Assembly (NCBI GenBank): GCA_963667015.2
Contig: CAXXJJ010000004.1
Coordinates: 1,216,001-1,280,000 of the forward strand
Source: Desulfatiglandales bacterium
GTDB lineage: Bacteria > Desulfobacterota > DSM-4660 > Desulfatiglandales > HGW-15
Reading direction: 5' to 3'
DNA: 64,000 nt
The position numbers were made by a program, and so were the translations under genes. This document shows positions 9,639 through 21,654 of the stretch, piece by piece. Every line of letters starts with the position of its first letter. The stretch's first letter is position 1. Below the pieces are notes generated by a model. That model was not told where the DNA came from. It saw only the letters and a list, made by a program, of their open reading frames with translations, and did not search any database.

Positions 9639-11333
9639 ATGCTATCACAATTGATCATCTCTGACTTTGCGATTATAAGCCACCTCGAAATCGATTTTAA
9701 AACAGGCCTCAACATCCTTTCAGGTGAAACAGGTGCAGGTAAATCCATAATTATCAATGCGGTCAACCTGATCCTTGGGGCAAGAGCATCCTCTGATCTT
9801 GTAAGAAGCGGTGCTTCGGAAGCAAGAGTTGAGGCACTTTTTCTTCAGCCGGAAAATGATTACCTGTCAAAATTCATGCGCGACAACGATATCCCCTTTA
9901 ATGGTGAAATACTTATCAAACGAACCATTTCAAAAGAGGGTCGAAATAAAATAACTGTTAATAACTCCATCACAAATCTTCAAATCCTTTCTGCCATCGG
10001 TATGATGATTATAAGCATATCAGGCCAGCATGAACACCAGGTATTGTTAAAGCAGGACAATCACCTGCTGCTTCTTGATGATCTTGGTAACCTGACTAAC
10101 GCCAGAAACCGGCTGGCTGAGCTATTCTCTGATTGTGAATCACACAAGAAGAAAATTAAACAGCTTGAAGCGGAAATCACCAATCGGCGTGAAAAACAGG
10201 AATTGTCACTATTCCAGATAAGTGAGATTGATAACGCTGCTTTAAAGGATAATGAAGATAAAGAACTGGAAGAAGAAAAAAAACGTCTTAAAAATGCAGA
10301 ACTAATAAGAAATATAATGGCAGGTTCATACTACAGGATATATGAAAAAGAGGAATCCATCCTGTCTGAAACAGCATTATGTCTCAAGGACATGAAAACA
10401 GGGTCATCTTATGATACCAGGCTATCGAACCTTGTTGAAACACTCGAATCAATAAAGGCCGAGCTTGAAGATGTGTCATTTCAGCTTGGAGATTTGAAGG
10501 ATGACGTTATTATGGACCCGGCAAGACTGGATCAGGTGGAAGAAAGGCTTCAGCTTATAAACAGGCTAAAGAAAAAATATGGACATCAGATTACTGATAT
10601 TCTCGATTTCAGAGAAAATCTTTCCCGACAGGTAAATGATACAGACCATCTAGAAGAAGAGATAAAAAAATATAGGGAAAAATTCAATGTACTATCCGGA
10701 CAATTATTAAGAGAGGCCGATAACCTGTCTGCAGAAAGGAAAAAAGTATCAATGGAAATGAAAAAATCCGTTGAATCTGAGCTGAATCAACTGGAAATGT
10801 CCGGTACAAAATTTAAAGTACATTTTGATAATGATAATATTTCAGAAGATAAAGATCCAACAGAATTATTGCACAGGATAGGGCCTGAAGGATATGACAG
10901 GGTAGAGTTTATGATCTCCACGAACCTGGGTGAAGACTTAAAACCCCTCTCCAAAATAGCATCTGGCGGGGAATTATCCAGAATCATGCTTGCCCTGAAA
11001 ACAATCCTTGCAAGAAAAACCTCTGTGGAGACAGTTATCTTTGATGAGGTGGACGCAGGGATTGCCGGGGCAACAGCAGAGAAAGTTGGTGAAAAAATCC
11101 AGGAACTTTCTCAATATCACCAGATACTCTGCATAACGCACCTTCCACAAATAGCAAGCAAAGGCAAAAATCATTTCCTTGTTAAAAAAAATATAAAAGA
11201 CGGCCGTACACAAACCTTTATCTCAGAACTGAACAGTGACGAGAGGATAAATGAAATTGCTCGATTAATGGGGGGGCGTGTAGTTTCGGATCAGGCCATA
11301 GCCCATGCAAAGGAAATGCTGTCCATAACCTGA
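9639..11333 (+). CDS. recN: DNA repair protein RecN
   Basis: GETGAGKS Walker A, coiled coil, ASGGELSR, FDEVDAG, ITHLPQIA. Confidence 0.97.
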   Translation: MLSQLIISDFAIISHLEIDFKTGLNILSGETGAGKSIIINAVNLILGARASSDLVRSGASEARVEALFLQPENDYLSKFMRDNDIPFNGEILIKRTISKEGRNKITVNNSITNLQILSAIGMMIISISGQHEHQVLLKQDNHLLLLDDLGNLTNARNRLAELFSDCESHKKKIKQLEAEITNRREKQELSLFQISEIDNAALKDNEDKELEEEKKRLKNAELIRNIMAGSYYRIYEKEESILSETALCLKDMKTGSSYDTRLSNLVETLESIKAELEDVSFQLGDLKDDVIMDPARLDQVEERLQLINRLKKKYGHQITDILDFRENLSRQVNDTDHLEEEIKKYREKFNVLSGQLLREADNLSAERKKVSMEMKKSVESELNQLEMSGTKFKVHFDNDNISEDKDPTELLHRIGPEGYDRVEFMISTNLGEDLKPLSKIASGGELSRIMLALKTILARKTSVETVIFDEVDAGIAGATAEKVGEKIQELSQYHQILCITHLPQIASKGKNHFLVKKNIKDGRTQTFISELNSDERINEIARLMGGRVVSDQAIAHAKEMLSIT

Positions 11334-11392
11334 TCAAAAGTGTTCTTTAGTTTCCAATTAGTGCCTCGAAGCTGTTTATGGATGGGCACTAT

Positions 11393-12337
11393 CTAGTCAT
11401 TAGATCTTTTTACCCTTATAAAAGCGGCATCTTTTATATCTCCATTTATTGTTGCAGCAAGAACAGTTTTATTTTCTGAGAGAGATTTTATCCCCGCTTC
11501 TCCTATTTTTTCTCCAAAGGTATAATACTCGTCTTTATAAAGTGACTCAATTGGTTCGCCTTTTTTATAAACCTCAAATACAGTATTTTCCTTGATACCA
11601 ATATCGGTTCCTGCTTGAATTACTATATTATCATTATCAACAGTAACTTTACTTTCCCAGTGTTGTTTCCTGAGTTTTTCAACCACATCAGAACAAAGTT
11701 TTTTTATTACTGATGAAATATCACTTTTCAGCATGTTATAATCAGGTATCCATTTATCGGCGGCGCCTGTATCTTCTTTTTTTATTTTGATGTTTGCAGT
11801 TCTATCCTCAAAAACAATATATGTGCCATTTACTGTATCCAGTGCATTAATGCTTATTGATACGAGGACCTTGTAACTATCTTTCCTGAGAGGCCATATG
11901 CCTGTCCTTTTTTCAGTAACTTCTATAGGATTAACAATGCAGGTTAAAAAGATATTCATCCCCATTTCCTCTGCCGTTTTTACATATTCCGGGTTGGTGA
12001 CAGTTCCATATTGCTTTAACAACGACACTGACTCGCCATCACCTATTTTTTTTACTGATGTGATAAGGAGATACTTGTCTTTAGAGAGATATGAAATACA
12101 ATCCTGTTTTATTTCTTCAGCCTGTAAATCACTAAACCCTGCTTTGTTTATAACAGGTGCAATCAATATTTTTTTCTTCAAAACCGGTTTTTCATCAGGA
12201 AGAATCAAGTCTGAAAAAGAATCAACAGCTATTGAACTTACTTCATATACATCCCGGCCTGCGCTGCATGAAAGGGTGGAGATTAATGCAATCAGCACAA
12301 TCAGAATTAATAATTTCCTGAAATCACCTGTCTTCAT
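11393..12337 (-). CDS. Hypothetical lipoprotein (CsgG/FlgT-like architecture possible)
   Basis: Lipobox LSC after a hydrophobic leader; C-terminal IQAGTDIGIK...FEVY...KIGE segment. Confidence 0.5.
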   Translation of the reverse strand: MKTGDFRKLLILIVLIALISTLSCSAGRDVYEVSSIAVDSFSDLILPDEKPVLKKKILIAPVINKAGFSDLQAEEIKQDCISYLSKDKYLLITSVKKIGDGESVSLLKQYGTVTNPEYVKTAEEMGMNIFLTCIVNPIEVTEKRTGIWPLRKDSYKVLVSISINALDTVNGTYIVFEDRTANIKIKKEDTGAADKWIPDYNMLKSDISSVIKKLCSDVVEKLRKQHWESKVTVDNDNIVIQAGTDIGIKENTVFEVYKKGEPIESLYKDEYYTFGEKIGEAGIKSLSENKTVLAATINGDIKDAAFIRVKRSND

Positions 12338-12395
12338 TTATAAAAATCCTCCATATACTGCATTATTTATTTGTTAGTGCTTAACAGTTTCAATG

Positions 12396-12674
12396 TTAAA
12401 AAACAATATTAAATGAATCATATTCATTTCTGAATTCCTGTGAAGTTTCTGTTATTTTACTTACTGCTGCATAGGGAGGGCCTTCATGGCACCACTCAAC
12501 GAATTTTCGTATATTTTCATCAGGACCTTCAGCAATAATTTCTACTGCTCCATCTGACCTGTTTTTTACCCAGCCCTTAATTTCAAGTTCTGCAGCTTTA
12601 ATCCTGGTCGAGTCCCGATAACAGACCCTCTGCACCCTTCCCTCCACAATCAGGTGAATTCTGACATTTTTCAT
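12396..12674 (-). CDS. acyP: Acylphosphatase
   Basis: GRVQRVCYR, GWVKNRSDGAVE, GPP motifs. Confidence 0.9.
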   Translation of the reverse strand: MKNVRIHLIVEGRVQRVCYRDSTRIKAAELEIKGWVKNRSDGAVEIIAEGPDENIRKFVEWCHEGPPYAAVSKITETSQEFRNEYDSFNIVF

Positions 12675-12710
12675 AACTCATTCCTCTCTTTTAATCAGGA
12701 GAAAAAAACT

Positions 12711-14726
<2,016 letters not shown>

Positions 14727-14989
14727 TCATTACCTTTTCATGCATTATTATTGGATGTTCTTTTAAAACAGTGTTACTAATTATGAGATAATTTACTGCA
14801 GGCTATTAGCAAAAAACGATCAAAAAGTCACTTAAAGTATTATATGCCGCAAATTTTGAAAAATTAATATTATTTATAAATCATTTAAATTAATATTTTA
14901 AATATATTTAAAAGTATGCTAGGATAGGTAGTATTATTTAATAGTGTTACTTTTTAATTGCCTATTTAATATAATAACTAATTTTTTTA

Positions 14990-15019
14990 TTGACAAAATA
15001 CCTTCTTAACTTCTATTCT
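14990..15019 (+). promoter_or_regulatory. Putative sigma70 promoter of the ffh operon
   Basis: TTGACA-N18-TATTCT in an AT-rich intergenic region 35 nt upstream of ffh. Confidence 0.5.
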
Positions 15020-15054
15020 AAGCGTTTACTACTTTAGGCGTTTAATACAATATT

Positions 15055-16380
15055 ATGTTTGATAATTTATCTGATAAACTAAATCTTGTTTTTAAAAAAG
15101 TAAGAGGGCACGGCAAACTGAGTGAGAAAAACATTCAGGATGCACTCAAGGAAGTGCGGTTAGCACTTCTTGAAGCTGATGTAAACTATAAAGTAGTAAA
15201 AGACCTGATAGGCAACATAAGGGAACGGGCTGTCGGCAAAGAAGTACTGGACAGCTTAACTCCCGGCCAACAGGTTATTAAGATAGTCAATGAGGAACTT
15301 GCCCAACTGATGGGAGGCTCCAGACAGGAGCTGCAGCTCACAGGCAGGACACCCTTTGTGATTATGCTGGTAGGCTTGCAGGGCTCAGGTAAAACAACAA
15401 CCTGTGGTAAACTGGCCCTTCATTTAAGAAAACAGGGGAGAAACCCCTTTTTAGTACCGGCAGATATTTACAGGCCGGCAGCAATTGATCAGTTAAAAAA
15501 GCTGGGAGCCCAGATTAACATCCCGGTTTATTCTTCTGATAAAAAGCTAAACCCTGTTGACATATGTATCAACGCATTGTCGCAGGCAGGTAAAAACGGC
15601 TCAGATGTATTATTGATTGATACGGCAGGAAGACTTCATATTGACGAAGTTCTCATGGATGAGCTTGTTTCCATAAAAAATAAGATTCGCCCTGTTGAGA
15701 TCCTGTTTGTTGCCGATGCAATGACAGGTCAGGACGCTGTAAACGTTGCCGGAGAATTTGATCGAACGCTTGATATTACAGGCATAATCCTTACTAAAAT
15801 GGAAGGTGATGCCAGGGGTGGTGCAGCCCTTTCGATTAAAGCTGTAACAGGTAAACCTCTTAAGTTTATTGGTATTGGTGAAAAACTGGATGCGCTTGAG
15901 GCATTTTATCCCGATAGAATGGCATCAAGGATTCTTGGAATGGGAGATGTACTGTCTCTCATTGAAAAAGCTCAGGAAGAGTTCGATCAAAAAGAAGCTC
16001 TCTTACTGGAAAAAAAGCTTAAAAAGAAAAAATTCGACCTGGAAGATTTTAAAAAACAGCTTAAGCAGGTCAAAAAGCTTGGGCCGCTGGATCAATTACT
16101 TGGAATGATACCCGGCATGGGGCAAATAAAACAGCTTAAAAATCTAAAACCGGATGAGAGAGAGCTGGTAAAAATAGAGGCAATAATAGATTCAATGACA
16201 AAAAAAGAGCGGGCAAACTACAAAATCATCAACGGAAGCAGAAGAAAAAGAATTGCCCTTGGGAGCGGGACTAAAGTACAGGATATAAACCGTCTTCTTA
16301 AAAACTTTGCTCAAATGAAAAAGATGATGGAAAAAATAACAAGTAAAGGGATACCTAATCTGCCGGGATTGTTCGGCTGA
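15055..16380 (+). CDS. ffh: Signal recognition particle protein
   Basis: LLEADV, GLQGSGKTT, DTAGR, RMASRILGMGD, M domain. Confidence 0.98.
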   Translation: MFDNLSDKLNLVFKKVRGHGKLSEKNIQDALKEVRLALLEADVNYKVVKDLIGNIRERAVGKEVLDSLTPGQQVIKIVNEELAQLMGGSRQELQLTGRTPFVIMLVGLQGSGKTTTCGKLALHLRKQGRNPFLVPADIYRPAAIDQLKKLGAQINIPVYSSDKKLNPVDICINALSQAGKNGSDVLLIDTAGRLHIDEVLMDELVSIKNKIRPVEILFVADAMTGQDAVNVAGEFDRTLDITGIILTKMEGDARGGAALSIKAVTGKPLKFIGIGEKLDALEAFYPDRMASRILGMGDVLSLIEKAQEEFDQKEALLLEKKLKKKKFDLEDFKKQLKQVKKLGPLDQLLGMIPGMGQIKQLKNLKPDERELVKIEAIIDSMTKKERANYKIINGSRRKRIALGSGTKVQDINRLLKNFAQMKKMMEKITSKGIPNLPGLFG

Positions 16381-16427
16381 TTATTTTTCGTATTAATAAT
16401 TATTTTTAGGGGGTGATAGCTAAAAAA

Positions 16428-16667
16428 ATGGCTGTTAGAATTAGATTAACAAGAAAAGGTTCTAAAAAGAAACCGTATTACAGAGTGGTAGCGGCTGATT
16501 CTGAGGCGCCTAGAGATGGCAGATTTCTTGATATTCTCGGATCCTACAATCCGATGAAAGAACCTGCTGAAATAAGTCTCGACCGTGACAAAGTTAACAA
16601 ATGGCTTGAAAACGGTGCATTGGCTTCAGATTCTGTCAAGACGATTTTAAAAAAAGAGGGGTTTTAG
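16428..16667 (+). CDS. rpsP: 30S ribosomal protein S16
   Basis: MAVRIRLTRKGSKKKPYYRVVAADSEAPRDGRF. Confidence 0.97.
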   Translation: MAVRIRLTRKGSKKKPYYRVVAADSEAPRDGRFLDILGSYNPMKEPAEISLDRDKVNKWLENGALASDSVKTILKKEGF

Positions 16668-16725
16668 GTTACTACAACAATTACAAACTGACGTGATGTC
16701 CTGTTGAATCCAAGGAGGTGGCTTT

Positions 16726-16962
16726 ATGGAAATGAAGAACTTGATCGAGTATATTTCTAAAGCGTTGGTAGACAAACCTGAGGAAGTAATCGTCACAGAG
16801 ATAGAGGGTGAACAGACCTCTGTTATTGAACTTAAGGTTGCCAAAGAAGACCTGGGGAAGGTCATTGGCAAGCAGGGAAGAACAGCACGCGCAATGAGAA
16901 CAATTCTCAGCGCTTCTTCCACAAAGCTTAAAAAGAGATCTGTGCTGGAGATAATTGAATAG
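16726..16962 (+). CDS. khpA: KH-domain RNA-binding protein
   Basis: [17 protein letters not shown]; conserved position between rpsP and rimM. Confidence 0.93.
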   Translation: MEMKNLIEYISKALVDKPEEVIVTEIEGEQTSVIELKVAKEDLGKVIGKQGRTARAMRTILSASSTKLKKRSVLEIIE

Positions 16963-17500
16963 TTCAAATAAGGTCTCCTCTGAAAAACTGCTCCTTGTTG
17001 GAAAAGTAATTAAACCACACGGTTTCAAAGGACTCATCCGGGTTTGGTCCTATGCCCGTACTATTGATTCCTTTCGTCACTCAGGAACGGTTTTTTTTAA
17101 ACAGGAACATCAGGAACCGATTGAATATGCGGTTCTTGATGTTAATCCCCATAAGAATATCTTTCTGATGCGTGTTGAAGGAATTGACACCTTTGAGAAG
17201 GCAGATAGCTTTAAGGGCGCAGATATCCTCATTAAAAAAGACCTGCTGACAAGGAACAGTGATGGAGAATATTACTGGTTCGAGCTTATAGATCTTAAGG
17301 TTTATCTGGACACGGGCAAATACCTGGGCATTATCAAAGAAATTATCCCCACCGGAAGCAACGATGTTTATGTAGTTAAGCAGAATGATTCCGAATTTCT
17401 TATACCTGCCATATATGATGTAGTAAAAAAGATAGATCTGGACAAAGGGGAAATGATTATTACAGCAATGGACGGGCTGCTTGATCTAAATGAAGTTTAA
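16955..17500 (+). CDS. rimM: Ribosome maturation factor RimM
   Basis: [33 protein letters not shown]. Confidence 0.95.
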   Translation: MNSSNKVSSEKLLLVGKVIKPHGFKGLIRVWSYARTIDSFRHSGTVFFKQEHQEPIEYAVLDVNPHKNIFLMRVEGIDTFEKADSFKGADILIKKDLLTRNSDGEYYWFELIDLKVYLDTGKYLGIIKEIIPTGSNDVYVVKQNDSEFLIPAIYDVVKKIDLDKGEMIITAMDGLLDLNEV

Positions 17501-18212
17501 CATTCTAACGCTGTTTCCCGGACTTATTTTCCCTTTTCTGGATGAAGGTGTCCTGGGGCGCTCCATAAAAAAAGGTATTTTGAGTGTTGATGTTATTGAC
17601 ATACGCTCTTTTGCCAGGGGCAGGCATAAAATAACTGATGACAGGCCCTTTGGTGGCGGAAGTGGTATGGTCATGAAACCGGGACCAATCTACAGGGCGC
17701 TAAAATCAATTGACATGGAAGCAAGATCGATGACTATCCTGCTTTCTCCACAGGGTGTAAAATTCGATCAACCCATGGCCTGGAAACTGGCCGACTATGA
17801 TCAGATAACGCTGATATGCGGCAGATATGAAGGGGTTGATGAACGCATTATTTCTAACCATGTGGATATGGAACTGTCTGTAGGGGATTATGTTCTAAGC
17901 GGCGGAGAGATCGGTGCGCTGATAGTTTTTGATGCGGTAGCAAGACTTGTACCCGGTGTTCTGGGTTGTGAGCATTCCAACAAAGAAGACTCATTTGAGG
18001 GAGGACTGCTGGAACACCCGCAGTATACAAGACCCAGGGTATTTAACGGTGAAGAGGTCCCTGAAATCCTTCTTTCCGGTGATCATGAGAAGATAAGGCG
18101 CTGGAGGCGGGAACAGTCATTGATGCGTACTAAATCAAAAAGGCCCGACCTTTTAGAAGGTGCTGTTTTAAGTAAAGAAGACAGGGATATATTATCAACC
18201 AAAAAGAAATAG
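17490..18212 (+). CDS. trmD: tRNA (guanine-N1)-methyltransferase
   Basis: [39 protein letters not shown]. Confidence 0.98.
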   Translation: MKFNILTLFPGLIFPFLDEGVLGRSIKKGILSVDVIDIRSFARGRHKITDDRPFGGGSGMVMKPGPIYRALKSIDMEARSMTILLSPQGVKFDQPMAWKLADYDQITLICGRYEGVDERIISNHVDMELSVGDYVLSGGEIGALIVFDAVARLVPGVLGCEHSNKEDSFEGGLLEHPQYTRPRVFNGEEVPEILLSGDHEKIRRWRREQSLMRTKSKRPDLLEGAVLSKEDRDILSTKKK

Positions 18213-18278
18213 GACATATTTCAAACTTGAGCAGACCGGGTTCATGTATTTTGAAAATGTCAGGACAGTTATTTTTAA

Positions 18279-18836
18279 ATGAGGCTTTATACAGGATTAG
18301 TTCATTACCCCGTATACAATAAAAACAGGGAAAAAATCGCCTCGGCAGTAACAAACCTTGACCTTCATGATATATCAAGGGTTTCAAGGACATATGGTGT
18401 AAAAACCTTTTTTGTTATTACCCCCCTGACAGATCAGCAGGATTTTACAAAAAGCCTTATAAATCACTGGAAATCGGGATTTGGGGCCAGTTATAATGTT
18501 GACAGAAAAGAGGCAATTGAGGTAATAGAGATAACCGCATCGATAGAGGCGGCTACGAATAAAATAGCTGATAATGAAGGGGAAAAACCTGTTATCATAG
18601 CTACATGCGCTTCAGAGGTAAAAGACGCTATTACCTTCAGTAAGGCAAAAGAAATTATTGGCAGCAATAAAGCGGTTTTTTTATTATTCGGAACGGCATG
18701 GGGCCTTCATAACGATGTGATTGACAGTGCCGATTTTGTTCTTAAGGCGGTTGAGGGAAACAGTAATTATAATCATCTCTCAGTAAGGGCTGCAGCAGGA
18801 ATTATTATTGATCGCCTGACAGGGCATTACATTTGA
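18279..18836 (+). CDS. SPOUT-class SAM-dependent RNA methyltransferase (trmD-associated, DUF2168-like)
   Basis: LVHYPVYNK, VTNLDLHDISR, LFGTAWGL, YNHLSVR. Confidence 0.85.
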   Translation: MRLYTGLVHYPVYNKNREKIASAVTNLDLHDISRVSRTYGVKTFFVITPLTDQQDFTKSLINHWKSGFGASYNVDRKEAIEVIEITASIEAATNKIADNEGEKPVIIATCASEVKDAITFSKAKEIIGSNKAVFLLFGTAWGLHNDVIDSADFVLKAVEGNSNYNHLSVRAAAGIIIDRLTGHYI

Positions 18837-18921
18837 AAACATTAAACTGCTTTTCACCGAAAAGGCAGTATTTCTATAGATTTATAAGTGATTAACAGTC
18901 ACTGGATTTCAGGAGGATATA

Positions 18922-19266
18922 ATGTCTAACATTATTGAAAGCATTGATAGAGAACAGATGAGAGTAGATATCCCTGATTTTAAAGCCGGGGATACAATCA
19001 AGGTTCATGCCAGGATTAAGGAAGGCGAAAAGGAAAGAATACAGGTCTTTCAGGGTTTTGTCATTCGCAAAAGAAGAGGAACTACCGGCGCAACATTTAC
19101 AGTAAGAAAAATATCCTACGGTATCGGAGTTGAAAGAATATTCCCTCTTCACTCACCCACTATCGATAAAATAGAAGTTGTTTCCAGAGGTAGGGTCAGA
19201 AGAGGAAAACTCTACTATATGAGAAAGCTGAAAGGTAAAGCTGCCCGTATTAAAGAAAAAAGGTAG
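18922..19266 (+). CDS. rplS: 50S ribosomal protein L19
   Basis: [44 protein letters not shown]. Confidence 0.98.
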   Translation: MSNIIESIDREQMRVDIPDFKAGDTIKVHARIKEGEKERIQVFQGFVIRKRRGTTGATFTVRKISYGIGVERIFPLHSPTIDKIEVVSRGRVRRGKLYYMRKLKGKAARIKEKR

Positions 19267-19283
19267 ATAATCCGGCAAAAAAA

Positions 19284-19934
19284 TTGGTAAAAGCCAGCAA
19301 AAACCTGTCTTTGTTCCAAGATTTCAATCCCTGTGAGGCTGTTGATCCATTATTTTTTGAGTCAGCAGCCTTTGAGCAGGGATACAGCATTATTGCAGGA
19401 GTTGATGAAGCAGGCAGAGGCCCTCTTGCAGGTCCTGTTGTTGCAGCTGCAGTGGTTTTACCCTCAGGAATTACCCTTCCCGGTATTAAAGATTCAAAAA
19501 AAATGACTGAAAAAGCCAGGATAAAGGCTTTTCCAGATATAATTAATTCTGCCGAGACAATAGGGATTGGCGTTGTTTCTCATTCATACATTGATGAATA
19601 CAACATCCTCAAAGCATCTCTGGAGGCAATGAAACAGGCAGTTGAAAACCTTGATACTTTACCGGAATATCTGCTTGTAGACGGTATTTTTAAAATTCCC
19701 ATGCCGCTGCCTCAGAAATGCATAAAAAAAGGTGACCAGCTAAGCCACAGCATTTCTGCATCTTCAATAGTCGCCAAGGTATATCGTGACAGAATTATGC
19801 ATTCATATCATTCGATTTATCCCGAGTATGGTTTTTCCGATAACAAGGGGTACGGCACTGCAAAGCATCTTGAGGCATTAAAAAAATTCGGACCGTGCCC
19901 TGTTCATAGATCAACTTTCAGAGGTGTCTGCTGA
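19284..19934 (+). CDS. rnhB: Ribonuclease HII
   Basis: GVDEAGRGPLAGPV, DSKK, KGD..S.SISASSIVAK, HRSTF. Confidence 0.96.
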   Translation: MVKASKNLSLFQDFNPCEAVDPLFFESAAFEQGYSIIAGVDEAGRGPLAGPVVAAAVVLPSGITLPGIKDSKKMTEKARIKAFPDIINSAETIGIGVVSHSYIDEYNILKASLEAMKQAVENLDTLPEYLLVDGIFKIPMPLPQKCIKKGDQLSHSISASSIVAKVYRDRIMHSYHSIYPEYGFSDNKGYGTAKHLEALKKFGPCPVHRSTFRGVC

Positions 19935-20302
19935 TGACAAAAGAACGGCTTGACCTGGGAAAAGCCGGTGAAGATATTGCCTTTAAAAGAATCAAAAAAC
20001 TTGGATACAAGTGCATTGAAAGAAACTATAAATGCACCCTGGGAGAAATAGACCTGATTGCCAGGCATGGTGATTGCCTTGTTTTTATTGAAATAAAGAC
20101 CAGAAAAGGCAGAGATACAGGCTATGCCAAAGAGGCCGTAAACCTTAGAAAAATGCGGCAAATTTCTAAGACCGCCCTGAATTATATGAAAGAAAATGAC
20201 TGTTATGATACTAAATCCCGGTTTGATGTTGTAGCAGTAAGTATAAACAATGGAAAGCCGGATATTGAAGTAATACAGAATGCATTTGAGCTGGTATATT
20301 AG
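19934..20302 (+). CDS. yraN: YraN-family (UPF0102) putative endonuclease
   Basis: GEIDLIA, FIEIKTR, RFDVVAV, IQNAF. Confidence 0.92.
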   Translation: MTKERLDLGKAGEDIAFKRIKKLGYKCIERNYKCTLGEIDLIARHGDCLVFIEIKTRKGRDTGYAKEAVNLRKMRQISKTALNYMKENDCYDTKSRFDVVAVSINNGKPDIEVIQNAFELVY

Positions 20303-20334
20303 CAATTTTATAATTACTGAGATAATATAAATCA

Positions 20335-21207
20335 ATGAATTCACATAAATCGGAAATAGCTGAACCTGGAACTTTATATATCGTCTCTACCCCCATAGGC
20401 AACCTTGAAGATATTACGCTGAGGGCATTAAAAACCTTAAAAAGTGTAGATATTATAGCAGCAGAAAGCACCAACCATACAAGGGGTCTGTGCAGCCATT
20501 ATGAAATAAAGACAAAGCTGATAAGTTATAACCAGCATAACCACAAATCCAGGGCTCCAGGATTGATCAACAGGCTTAATAACGGAGAAAGTATAGCTCT
20601 TGTTACATGTGCGGGAACACCGGCAGTGTCGGACCCCGGTGCTCTGCTTATAAAAATGGCCTGTGAACATGGAGTAAAAGTAACACCCATACCGGGCGCA
20701 TCAGCAGCGCTTGCCGCGCTTGTTGCCTGCGGATTAAAGATAGACAGATTCCTTTTTACAGGTTTTTTGAGCAATAAGGCGGGAAAAAGGAAAAAAGAGC
20801 TCAAAGAGCTTGCAAACGAAAATAAAGCAATTATATTTTACGAAGCTCCACATCGGGTCTTGTCCTTTTTAGAACAAATCCATGAAATATTCGGTAATAG
20901 AAATATCGTTGTACTCAGGGAATTAACAAAAGCCCATGAAGAGATACTGAGAGGAAATGTTGAGGAGATCCTGGCTCAACTGTCACAAAGAGAGCTGAGA
21001 GGTGAATTTACAATAATCACAGAAGGCATGGAAAAGAACAGGTCAGATGACGAGATATCCGATGAAATGAGAGATGCCATTAGATCAATGCTGGACCGGA
21101 ATAAAAGCGTAAAAGATATCGCAAACTCAATATCTGACAGCCATAAACTCAAATACAGAACAGTATATAAAGAAGCCCTTGAATTAAAGCGCAGAACGGA
21201 AATCTGA
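20335..21207 (+). CDS. rsmI: 16S rRNA (cytidine1402-2'-O)-methyltransferase
   Basis: STPIGNLEDITLRA, AGTPAVSDPG, FYEAPHR, RELTK.HEE. Confidence 0.95.
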   Translation: MNSHKSEIAEPGTLYIVSTPIGNLEDITLRALKTLKSVDIIAAESTNHTRGLCSHYEIKTKLISYNQHNHKSRAPGLINRLNNGESIALVTCAGTPAVSDPGALLIKMACEHGVKVTPIPGASAALAALVACGLKIDRFLFTGFLSNKAGKRKKELKELANENKAIIFYEAPHRVLSFLEQIHEIFGNRNIVVLRELTKAHEEILRGNVEEILAQLSQRELRGEFTIITEGMEKNRSDDEISDEMRDAIRSMLDRNKSVKDIANSISDSHKLKYRTVYKEALELKRRTEI

Positions 21208-21378
21208 CAGGCATGGACAATTATTTTATTGGTTTTTCTCCTTTATACATATGGACAAAAAATTATTTTTAGAATATACAAATTATGTCAATTATAAGTT
21301 TTTGAGCACAATAAGCAGGATGTCATCCAGAAATATTACATCTGTTATCATTAATCCTTTTTGTTAATAAATCCGGTA

Positions 21379-21654
21379 ATGGAGCATAAAAAAACACTCT
21401 TAATCCAGAATGATCTTGGACTTCACGGGCGGGCCGCAGCAAAAATAGTTGAGCTGTCCAGAAAATACAGTTCCAAACTGTTTTTTAAAAAGAACGGTTA
21501 TGGAGAAGTGGATGGATCGAATATTTTATCGATTCTAACCCTTTCAGGCTCCAAGGGAACCGAAATAGATGTCAAGGCTGTTGGAGAAGATTCAGAGGAG
21601 CTTCTTGAAGAGTTAAGCAGGCTTTTTGATAACAAATTTGGTGAAGGCAGATGA
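21379..21654 (+). CDS. ptsH: Phosphocarrier protein HPr
   Basis: GLHGRAA (His15 motif), FDNKFGE; overlaps the ptsI start. Confidence 0.9.
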   Translation: MEHKKTLLIQNDLGLHGRAAAKIVELSRKYSSKLFFKKNGYGEVDGSNILSILTLSGSKGTEIDVKAVGEDSEELLEELSRLFDNKFGEGR

